Part shown: piece by piece, positions 26,809-37,323 of the stretch
Layout: each line of letters starts with the position of its first letter
Position numbering within the stretch: position 1 is the stretch's first letter
From: Vitrella brassicaformis CCMP3155
Lineage: Eukaryota > Protista > Chromerida
Assembly: GCA_001179505.1 (NCBI GenBank)
Contig: CDMY01000251.1
Location: forward strand, 84,333 to 148,332
Length of the DNA: 64,000 bases
Reading direction: 5' to 3'
Made by a program: the position numbers and the translations under genes
Notes under the pieces: generated by a model
What the model saw: only the letters and a program-made list of their open reading frames with translations
Told to the model about the DNA's origin: nothing
Databases searched by the model: none

Positions 26809-27358
26809 TCGCCCTCACTCGCTCACCTGGTCAGCTGGTGGCGTGTGTGCAGACAGAGACGTCAAGGGGCACCTGCACAGAGGCACACACACAGAGCACC
26901 ACACGAGTGGTCGTTATGGGCATGGGTCATTCATGTCGAGACACGGGAGTTGGTCAGTCAGGTGATCTAAGTGTGGTGATCTATGTGCCCATGCATCACA
27001 TACATCATACATCACCACTGCCTCCGCACACGGAGATCAATGCGTCACGCGCAGGGCAGGGCAAGGCACCCCCTCTTCCTTCGCGTGTCCCGTGCAGGTG
27101 CTCAAGAAAGATCAGCGCAGCGGCTTACCAGTCGTGGAGCAATGGGTAGCAGCGAGTGGAGCACGGGGCAGCTCCTGAGAGATACTTAGGGGGGGAAGAT
27201 CTCGGCTCGCAACCGATGGCGAGCTTTTAAATTCAGAGCGGTGGCCGCAGCAGCAAAGCACAGTGGCATTGTCCAGGCCCGTGATCTGCTGAAATCTGCT
27301 GATCTGCAGAAGGCCAGATCAGATTGGGAGCCCGTCCCTCTCTCGCGCCACAAGAGCG

Positions 27359-30300
27359 ATGGCGGACAGTTCATGTATAGATTTCGAAGCCTTCACGGCG
27401 CCAGATCCCTCAGCCTTCGATGCGCGCGCCTTCGTGGTGGCGCACCGGCGGCGCCTGCCGATGAGTGAGCTGAGGCAGGGGCTCAAGGACCACCTGGAGA
27501 AAGTGCGGCAGGAGCTGGTGGCCCTCATCAACGACAACTACAGCGACTTCATCAACCTCTCGTCGGAGATGAGCGGCCTCGAAGGCAAGCTGGAGGCGCT
27601 CAAGGGGCCGCTGGCGGACTGTGAGTCCTATGCTGAGGGGTTCCGCGGTGAGCTCAAGGGCATACTGGACGAGGCGAGGGCGCTATTTGCCGAGAAGGAG
27701 CGGGTGAGCGATGAGAGGGCGTTTGTGGAGAGGTGGCTGACGAACGAGGCGCTCATTGACGAGATCGAGAAACACCTCAAGCGCGACCACCACCACAAAC
27801 ACACCGGTCGGTGTGTGCCACACACCATACATACGCACACTGCCTGTCTGTCTGTCCGTCTGTCTGTCTGTCTGCAAGCAAGCATGGGATGGGATGCCCA
27901 TCTATCTCTTCTCTGTCATCTCGTGTGTCTCGTCAGGTGACTTTTTGTCGCGTTACATTCTGTACGAGAACCTCGCCATCGACATCCGCCGCGTCCAGTA
28001 CAACCTCATCGACCTGGACCTTCCATCAGCCACAACCACAGACACAGCCACAGACACAGCCACAGCAATCACCACACACAAACACACAAACACAGGAGCA
28101 GCAACAGCAGCGGACAGCACCGCCACACCACCACCGCCGCGGTCACCCCCTCCCCCGCCCCCCAGATCTGACCGCTTCGCCCTTTTGCTCTCGCGCCTCG
28201 ACGCCCTCCTGGACACACTCGGCACGCAGCTGGCCAAAGAGCTGAAGAAGCTGCTGCTTCGACTGGCGAGGCGGCACTACCAGCACCACCAGTTCTTGAG
28301 CAGCCGTGGCTCGTACACGGAGGGGTCGACGAGTGGTCTGGGTGTGCAGGTGGGGCGGGGCACGACGCTGAGCTCGATGTCGGCTGCCGGGACGGATGAG
28401 GGGGAGGACAGCGGGCGGGGCGGGAGGGGGGCTGAGGCGCTGGCCGTCTCGCACATCTGCAGGGCCTGCATGGCCATCGACAGAAGCGACACCGGTGAGC
28501 CAGCCAGCCAGCCAAGGAACACAACACGGTGTAGCGGGTGCATGGCATGGAATGGATCTGCCTGCTTTGCCTGACTTGATGCTGACTGATGTGTGTGCAG
28601 TCATCAAGGCGTTTTGTGACGTGTTTGTTGACGCGGCAATCGAACAGGTGGGAGGGACCGATGGATGGATGGATGGACAGGCGGACAGGCCAGGCGGATG
28701 CCATGTCGGTTCTTCACTCACTTGTTTGCAGGCCCTGCGTGATTCCGAGAGGCGGTCCGCAGGGCCCGGTGTGGACTCGGATGCCGGCGACACGACAGCC
28801 AGGAGGGAGGCAGAGGTACGGAGATACAGACAGACAGACAGACAGATGCCCATCCACCCTACCACCCTCCCTCCCTCCCATAGACCCACCCTTCTCTCCC
28901 TCTCTCTTTGCCTCTCTCATCAGCGGCTGCAGCAGTTCCTGGCGGCCGTGGAGGCCACGCTGCTGTCCGACGCGTCCGCCTTCTGCACCCTCCTGCGGTC
29001 CCTGTCCTCCCGACACATTCCCCAGTTCGTGCCCACATTCGTCCCCTCGCTGCACCTGCTTACCGAGGCCCTCGCGCAGCCCCTCCTGGGCCGCATCGAG
29101 ACCACCTTCCCCTCCATCTTCATGCCGGCCTACCCCCAGATCTTTGTGGTCAACTACACCGCTTTGCAGGGGTTCCTGCGGGGGCTGGAGAGACGAGTGA
29201 CCAAGGGAGAGGTCATGGCCTTCAGGTGAGGTGCCTGGGGGAGGGAGGGAGGGCGTGGGTGCCTGGGTGGGTGAGTGGTGAGTGGTGAGTGGGGGGAGGG
29301 TGTGGTGTTTATTGTGTTTGTGTGTCTGTGGTGTGTGCAGGAGGAGCGAGGCGTATGTGCGTTTCCAGAAGAAGTGGAAGCTGCAGGTGTACTTCAGCAT
29401 CAAGCAGAAGGAACACCTCGCGGCGCTCGAGGCCATCCTCGCCAAACGATGCACACTCGACCAGAGAACCATGCACAACGACCAGGTCAGATGACCTGAC
29501 CCACCAAGCGCATCCCCACACCACACCACACCATCCAGCTGATTGATGCTCATATGGGTGTGCAATGAATGCAATGGACATAAACAGATGTACTGGATGG
29601 CTGGCAGCGTGGCGGTGCTGCAGCAGATCGAGGCCGTGTGGCACCCCCACTCCTACCTCCACGTCATGTTCGACCGCGCCCTCCGCTTCACGGCAGAACT
29701 CCTGGCCAGATACGCAGCCTACGTTGAGGCATTCCTCAAAGCCCTCCAGCACCACGACGACACTCACACCCACACCCAGACACACACCGCCACCACCACC
29801 ACCACCACGAGCGCCGCTGAGAGAGACGAGGACGTGACAGTGTGGCGGAGCGGGCAGCCGCCCGTGAGCTACCATGAGATCGGCAAGGTGGTGTCCGACC
29901 TGCTGACGGTGGTGCGGGCCATATCGACCGACCCGACGCGGCCCAAACTGGACGAATGGCGGGAGGGGTGTGTGCCTGAAGGAGGTGGGTTCGCGGTGGG
30001 GCGGGTGCTGCAGCTCATATTCGCGAGGGTTGAGGCCGCGGTGAGTGAGCAATATGTGCACACGTGGGTTGATCAGTCTAAACCGGAGAGATTGTTGGTT
30101 TTGTGTGTGTGTGTGTGTGTGGTTTGGTCGGTCGGCCAGCGGAGAGAGGACGAGGACGTCACAAACAACGGCACCATCAAGTGAGGGAGAGTGAGGGACA
30201 TCACACGCTGATGGGTGTGCGTGTATTGTGTTGTGTTGTGTCGGCCTGCCTATGAAGCGGCTCCCCGGTTGCGCTGGAGGCCGGTCGTCTTGCTGCTCGC

Positions 30301-31859
30301 GTGAGTGTGCCGGTGAAGCTGCAGCTGGTCATCCAGGACTTCTTCGACCACTCCACACAGCAGCTCCTCGCCGTCAAGACACGACTGGTGAGTGAGTGAG
30401 GCAGGGATGAGAATGGCAGAAAGAGCGGCCAACGAGAGAGATACTGTCTGGGTTGATGTCTGTGTGCGTGTGTGCAGGTGGAGTGTTTGGTAGGGTGTCT
30501 TCGGTCGGCGGCGTGCGGGAGCCTGGCCGCCCTCAGGGGCATCCCTGCCGTCTACCGCATGACCAACAAACCCGTAAGTGCGGTGGGTGCGACCAGTCCA
30601 CACAACACAACACATCACAAACACACATGCAGGCGCCGTCCCGTCCGTCGTCTTATGTGGAGGGCGTGTTGAAGCCCCTCACCTCATTCGCAGACACGTC
30701 GCAGACCGTCGTGGCCAAGGTAAGAAAGGGGGTTGATGGCCGCTGGTTTGGGGGGGGGGGGGGGGGGGNNNNNNNNNNNNNNNNNNNNNNNNNNNNNNNN
30801 NNNNNNNNNNNNNNNNNNNNNNNNNNNNNNNNNNNNNNNNNNNNNNNNNNNNNNNNNNNNNNNNNNNNNNNNNNNNNNNNNNNNNNNNNNNNNNNNNNNN
30901 NNNNNNNNNNNNNNNNNNNNNNNNNNNNNNNNNNNNNNNNNNNNNNNNNNNNNNNNNNNNNNNNNNNNNNNNNNNNNNNNNNNNNNNNNNNNNNNNNNNN
31001 NNNNNNNNNNNNNNNNNNNNNNNNNNNNNNNNNNNNNNNNNNNNNNNNNNNNNNNNNNNNNNNNNNNNGGGGGGGGGGGTGGACGCACTGTGCCCCTGTG
31101 TTGTGTTGTGTGTGATGCAGCCGTTGATGTCCGAGTGGCTGGGTCAGGCTGTGGAGGCCATCGCGATGTCATATGAGCAGCAGGTAGGGGCGTGTATCAT
31201 GCTTTTGTGTGAGCATGGACGACAGACACAGCATGTGTGTGTGTGTGTGTGTGTGTGGAGGTGACGAGTTTGATGCGGACAGTTGAGCAGCAGGAGAAGT
31301 CGCTCAAGAAGTTCCAGAAGAAGGGCGGCGCCAGCGATGCGGTGGGTACGGTGCGGTCAACACAAACAACACATTGCACCACACCACACCACAATATTCA
31401 CACACACACCGGTGCAATCCATCCATCCATCAGGGGTCGCAACTGACGGACCTTGAGAAGATATTTCTCCAGCTGAAACTGGTAAGTACTGATGGATAGA
31501 CGCAGATGCCATCCACATATTGTGCCCGCCACTGATTGCTCTTGTTAAGAACAACTGTGTGGACGAATGTGTGTGGTGTGAGTCCCTCAGGATGTGGAAG
31601 ACTTTGAGCGTCAGTGTGGCGCCAAGCTGGGCCTCGTGTGCGACGCCGTCAACACACCCGCACTCACCAGGCTAGTCAAAATGGTTAGCTAGCCACCATG
31701 GAAGGCACACCACATGACACCTCGCCGCCCGGCCAGCCAGCATGCCATCGTCTGTGTGCATCGCATCTGTACTTGCTTGTGTGTTGTTGTTGTGTGTGTC
31801 TCACTCAGATGGGCGACGCCGTGACGACGGGCAGCGCCCTGCCCCATCAGGCGACGTGA
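27359..31859 (+). CDS. COG2: Conserved oligomeric Golgi complex subunit 2, multi-exon
   Basis: N-terminal FDARAFVVAHRRRLPMSELRQGLKDHLEKVRQELVALINDNYSDFINLS, YVRFQKKWKLQVYFSI, and GIPAVYRMTNKP..PSSYVEGVLKPL match COG2 N- and C-terminal motifs. Confidence 0.88.
30769..31068. other. Assembly gap (300 N) flanked by G runs, inside a COG2 intron
   Basis: N run with a G homopolymer on each side. Confidence 0.99.
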
Positions 31860-32217
31860 TGTGACTGACGCCTAGTCGACAGACATCTGTCAGTATAGCT
31901 AGGAAATTAGAGAGCCGCCAGGCAGGCCAGCCGTAAGGAAGACATGTTGGTTGTACCTACCTGAGTATATGTGTGTCACCTAATGATGAGTGAGTGGGTC
32001 GGGTCGGGTCGGCCGCAGGCACCACACCACCTTGCACTCACTGCACATAAATCTAACTCAGTCAGTCAGACGACAAAAGAAACTTTGTCTCTCGGGTCGC
32101 AGCCCTCCCTCTCCAAATGTAATAAAGACCATCGGGGGGCCCCCGTACACACGCATAAAGAATTACATCGACGAAGCCCCGCCCCGCCCCACCCCACCCC
32201 ATCCCGCCATGCTCTGC

Positions 32218-33622
32218 TCAGATGCTGCCGTTGCTGCCGTTGCTGGCGGTGCTGGCGTGTGCATTGCCTGGCTTGTTGTAGGGCGATAGCCTCACGAGCA
32301 CCTGCTGGCTTGGGGCCGCCAGCGGCATCTGAGCGCGAAGCGTCTTGGTGGGGATGTCGTACTGCATCAGGTCCTCACCTGCAGTGCACACACCACGACA
32401 CCACACCACACCACACCAAATCAGCCTAGCCCAGCCAGCTTGGCTGACACACGTGTGTGAGTGTGTGTGTGTGTGTCTGTGTGTGTGTATAAGTACCGAT
32501 CACCACGGGTCCGTCGAAATCGCTGCCGACCTCGGCCATTAGCGCGTCCTTGTCGAACACCGGAGGCGCAAAGTGGTTCAACAGCAGCACACCAACCTTA
32601 GTGAGTGAGAGACAAGCACACCACACCACACACAGACGAGCATCCAATCCGCCTGTTCACTCACTGCCTCCCTCACCACCCACCCTACCCACCTCACCTG
32701 TGCCTCTGCCGCCAGCTTGCCAACCTCGCTGCTGAGCGTGTGGTACGACGCTGTGGCCTCCACCGTGGCTGCCGTCCGCACCCCCTCGGACACAGGCATC
32801 GCACGCTTGATGAACACCTCGTGGACCAGCACATCGCACCCCCTCGCCGCCTCTACCAACGCCCCACACCATCTCGTGTCGCCACTGAAGACCGCCCGCT
32901 CTTCCTCTCCAGTGGTGGAGATGGCGAAGCCGTAGGCATGCTCGATTGGCTTGTGGTCCACCACGACCGGCTGCACGACCAGACCACCGAGGGTAATGGG
33001 CTCCGGCTCTGTGGGGTGGAGCTCCTCGATGTGGATGTCCAAAGCGATGGTGGAGGGGCGCTGCTCGAAGGCGATGCGGTCTGACCGTTCCTTGTGCCAG
33101 CAGGCCATCAGCTCGGTGATGAAGGCTCGTGTGCCGGGGGGACCGATGATGCGCTGAGGCTTCGAGCGACCCTGGTGCCAGGAGGAGATGATGAACTGGA
33201 CAGACAGATGAGATGGGCAGACGCACAGCCAGAGAGAGAGAGAGTGTGTGTGTGAGAGAGGAAGGGCATTCCAATTAAGGTGCCTAGCCTCTGACCTGGT
33301 ACAGGTCGATAACATGATCACTGCAAGCACCGCACCCAAGCAACGCACACGAAGGCGACAACAAACAGCGATAGAGACAGCGCTTCTGTCCTTTCTGTCC
33401 CTCTCGCATCATCTTCTGGTGGGTTTATCCCTACCTGTGCATGTGAGTGAGGAGCACTGCAGTGATGTCCCTGCCGCTCACACCCAGCGCCGCCAGCCGC
33501 TGCGTGACCCCTGAGCCAGCGTCGATGAGAAGGGAGGTGCCGTCGTGCTGCACCAGATTCGCCGCACCGAAACGGTCCGCACGCGGCTGAGGCGAGCCGG
33601 TGCCCAGCAGCGTCACCTTCAT
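32218..33622 (-). CDS. Metallo-beta-lactamase fold hydrolase, short RNase Z/ElaC/AtsA-like, multi-exon
   Basis: MKVTLLGTGSPQP, LLIDAGSG, THMHSDH (HxHxDH split across a micro-exon near 33296-33320), VDHKP..AYGF, VFSGDT, DVLVHE, YHT, LLLNHF. Confidence 0.9.
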
Positions 33623-34306
33623 TTCAAGGGACTGTACGGCGGGTGAGGTGAGGCAGGCCTACCGAAACCAAGCACGCCACCAAGGTGAAAAGAATCAACC
33701 CTTTTGGTCGGTGCGGTTCAAAGGCAGCTTCCTTCCTTACGTTAGTGAGTCACAGGGCCTTCGGTTCGGGCGGACAAGCGCCAGAAAAAGCCCGTACGTA
33801 ATGAGATGGTGTTCTTCGCTAGCAGATCTGCAGACAGAGACCAGGCACAGCCATTGGGCGTCCCCAGATGCTTTGACGCCTCACAGAACAGAAGGCTTTC
33901 TACAGGCAATCGACAGGCTCTTTCCTCTCATCCTCTCTTTTTTCGGTACGCACCTGAAGGTTGTGTGAATCTCCCCTGGAGGTGATTCGGTCTGTGGATT
34001 CGGTTACCGAATCAGGCAGGGTCGGTCGGTCGGTCTGTTATGGGTTTGACAGGGTGGGAGGGAGGGGGCAGTTCGTCCTGTTATTTCGTCCAGCTCGCAC
34101 TGCTTTTTACGTGAAACCCTAACCGCCGTACATACGTGGTCCGCTCGTTGAAATGAAAACGTGTGTGAGGTCTGTCATACTGACTCTCTGGCTGTGTTTC
34201 TGGGTGTGTCTTGGTGTGCCCTTCCTTCCCATGGAGTGAGGAATCACTGACGCTCCTTTGACGCACGCACGAGGCAGACAGACAGACGACCAAAAATAAA
34301 GGCAGC

Positions 34307-34337
<31 letters not shown>

Positions 34338-34441
34338 ACGATCAGCTCTCACTCGGCAAAGGAAACGGGGCGGGGCGGGGCGACTAAACAAAACGAAACG
34401 GGGCTGGGCAGCTTGTGTGGCTTCACCTATGAGCTTGTCGG

Positions 34442-35425
34442 TCAGAAGGTGTGGGGCTTGGCACGCTTGGGGAAGAAAATCGCGTTGTGCTGCATCTCGG
34501 AAAAGAAAATCGCCTTGTGCTGCATCTCGGAACCCTCTGCAGGCAGACATATATGCATGCGAGCGCATGTTTAGTTGGTGAGTTAGCATCCAAAGGGCCT
34601 GTCCGTCTGTTTGTCTGTGTGTATGTCTTTGTGTGCATGTCGATGGACTCACTTCGGTCGAAGCTCCAGGAGGGATGTCCGGGGAAGAACTTGGTCGTGA
34701 CCTCGGGCTTCCCGCCGAAGAGGGTCCCCGTCTCGGTCGACATGAAGTCGCCACCTTCGTATTGTACGTCGGCGTCGAAGCTTTCCAATTCGACTTGCTT
34801 GCTGAATCGCCTGTTGAACTCCTGTGTTACACAAGACAAAAGAAGAAGACGAGATGTGCGAGTATCCGGATGTGGCTCTTCCCCCGCGTCAGGTGTCTGC
34901 TTTCTTACGACGCTGTTGGCCATGCACCAAGAACCCGTTGGGAGCTTCTCCCACGCTAAGAGCGTTGGGACTATGAAGCCTTGATAAGTCTTGCAACCTG
35001 TCGTAGAAGTCTCGAATGTGCCCAGTCCCCTGTCGCTTGCTCCGCTCGCCATCAGGATCTGGGAGACAGACAGGGCAGATAAGTCCTACAAACGCCCCCA
35101 ACTATCGCGTGATCCATCCTTGCCTCGTTGACGATGCACGTCTGTGTCTCGGGGTCTGGGCATTCCTTCCCCGAAAGGATCTGGTCTCCGTAGACGTGTG
35201 CCTGCATACGGATGACGCCGAACAGAAGTCACTGACGCCGAACATGAAGTGAGTCGGGCGTTTTCTCACCGTTTTCTTCCTCACGAGGGGTCCACCCTCC
35301 TTGACCTGATCGTACTTTCAGTAGGTGTAGTAGGCAAGGAGCTTGACTTCGCACTGCTGGCTCATGGCCACAACGAAGCACATGGCGGACACGAGGGCCT
35401 TCAGCGTCAGCACGAGGGATGCCAT
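34442..35425 (-). CDS. Five-exon secreted protein of unknown family with one in-frame TGA at codon 36; candidate selenoprotein or readthrough gene (pseudogene not excluded)
   Basis: ATG at 35425 directly after a 5'UTR intron acceptor. Exons 35425-35270, 35201-35124 (or to 35103), 35058-34909, 34821-34653 and 34536-34442 join in frame (215-222 aa). The only internal stop is TGA at 35320-35318. Signal peptide MASLVLTLKALVSAMCFVVAMS. Confidence 0.7.
34473..34532. repeat. Tandem 30-bp duplication (2 copies, 29/30 identical) in the last exon of the TGA-containing gene, encoding SEMQHKAIFF/SEMQHNAIFF
   Basis: aagaaaatcgcgttgtgctgcatctcggaa followed by aagaaaatcgccttgtgctgcatctcggaa. Confidence 0.9.
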
Positions 35426-36103
35426 CTGCAATGACACCGAAACCCACAGTGCATGGCACACAGCGCGTCGTGCAGTGCCCGGAGGCTATTGGCGCCTGGC
35501 TCTCTCGCTCACCGTCTGCACAGCTCAAGTGAACTTGGCGGAGCGATGCAGCTCAGGTCACGCGAGGATTCTTCAAATGGACGCGGCTTGTGCAGCGATC
35601 TGTAGACCGGTGCCGCAATGCGACAGGCAGCACTCAGACAGCGGAAGGGAAAAGCACTTGAAGGCCGCAGAAGTGCAGCTCTTTCAGAGACGCCCCCATG
35701 CAATCTCTGCTGCGAGCTCGCACTGGCAGTGCTCCCACTCCATCGAGGAGAAACGCATAGGGTTTCTCATGCTTTTGAGGGTTTTTTCACACACGGTAGC
35801 TGTTTGTCTCAATCTTCCCCCTCCCCCCCCATTCCGCGAATTGGGCTAGTGCCTATTTGCGTCTTTAAGAAACAACGTTCGGCAGACAAAACGTTCGATC
35901 ACGATCGTATGGGAGAGAAAAGGGGAAAACGGTAGCGGTGTTGTGTTGCTTGCACTACTACAGACACGTCAATATGTGGAGAAGCTTCGTCTTCTTCTGT
36001 CGTTTGGATCAGTGACCGTTAAACTGATGAACCCTGAAGCGGCAAGTATGAAAAACGCTTGGCCGTCTAGGGTGCTCCATGAAACCGCTGCTGCTGTGTA
36101 GCC

Positions 36104-36171
36104 ATGCCGTCTGGTTCCCTGCCGTCTATCCCCGAGCATGACGTGCCTTCCCGGAGCAGTAGCAGCGCACT

Positions 36172-36205
<34 letters not shown>

Positions 36206-37060
36206 GAGGCAAGACCGAGAGCCAAGGCCAACACCAACAAGTTTCTCTTTACTTACGACGCCTTTATGGATCCTGACATCGTCTACCACTTCGCCGGAGA
36301 GCGGCCCGTCTCATCTCGCGCCGGCTGGATCAGCGGCTTCAGCCTCACCTTCGACAGGCAAGGCTTGCCGCTTGTCGAGCCGGTGCTCGCCAACATGACG
36401 CAGGAGAGGGTTGATGAGGATGGCGATGCTCCCCACACACAGCCACACGAGCGGCCGAGGGTGCACGGTGTGCTGCACGAGTTTTCCAAGAGCTCTATGC
36501 TGCGAGTGGTGGATTACGGCAAGCAGATGGAGTGCTTCGCCTTTGTGCCGCTGAGGGTGAATCTCTACGGCCCCGGTGTGGCGGTTGGCGAGACGGAGGC
36601 TGCTCTTGCGATGGTCTGCCACCGGTCCAGCGTCATTGGGCCAAACAGCACACTGCTGCCGAGCGCTGAGTATGTGCTCAAGCTGGTACGATTGGCCAAG
36701 CGGTTCCGCCTCGCGGATGAGTCCGTCTATCAGATGAGGACGACGCCGGTCAACCCCGCACCCCTCTCACTGGGCGGCCGCGTTGCCAAAGCCTTGATGA
36801 GCTTTCTCATCCTGCTGGGGTATTGGTGTGGGTGGCCGGCCTTCGGGTGGTCTATTCTGGACGTGCTGTGGGCCATGAGTGACTTGGAGGCAGCTGTGTG
36901 GATCTGCGGCTACTTTTCCTTCATGGGGCTGGCCGTTGGGCTCATGGCGCTCTTCCTGATGTACTTGGCGCCGCGCCGGCGAACCGTTGTGGTTGGGGAT
37001 GGGGGGCTGGATTGGACAAGCGATGGGAGAGGGGGGCTGGAGAGGGAAGGAGAGCTCTGA
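36104..37060 (+). CDS. Gamma-glutamylcyclotransferase (GGCT/AIG2)-like protein with C-terminal transmembrane helices; apparently intronless
   Basis: FLFTYDAFMD (compare YFAYGSNM), GFSLTFDRQGLPLVEPVLANM, RVHGVLHEF. N-terminal polyQ. Two or three hydrophobic helices near the C-terminus. Confidence 0.7.
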
Positions 37061-37323
37061 TTGTGTGCTGTATGGTATGGTGGTGGGCGGGGTGCGGGTG
37101 AATGCATTGACTGCAAGATTCGTTGACTGGACAAAATGGGACGGGACATGAAACATAGCGTAGCATCATGTCATCGATGGCACATGGGGGGTCCATGCCT
37201 ACTCAATGCGCATCAACTATTCACACAGCCGAATTACTCTCCCTCTCCTCCACAACACACAGCACGGAAAAACCCACACGGACGACCAGACGAACAGTCG
37301 ATCGCACGCCTGCATCTCGTCAA

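Noticed and set aside
34114-34122. AAACCCTAA telomere-repeat/telo-box-like motif
   Set aside because: It is a single 9-mer with no array and is expected by chance.
34180-34250. Hairpin GTGA-TTCCT-CAC-TCC-ATG-GGA-AGGAA on the minus strand as a SECIS
   Set aside because: There is no AA in the apical loop and no 3' GA partner for the non-Watson-Crick quartet, so it is not supportable as a SECIS.
34423-35052. The 209-aa ORF in the track starting MASGASDRG as a stand-alone gene
   Set aside because: It reads through two obvious introns (GTAAG..ACACAG and GTGAG..CTGCAG) and lacks the upstream signal-peptide exons. It is better explained as exons 3-5 of the TGA-containing gene.
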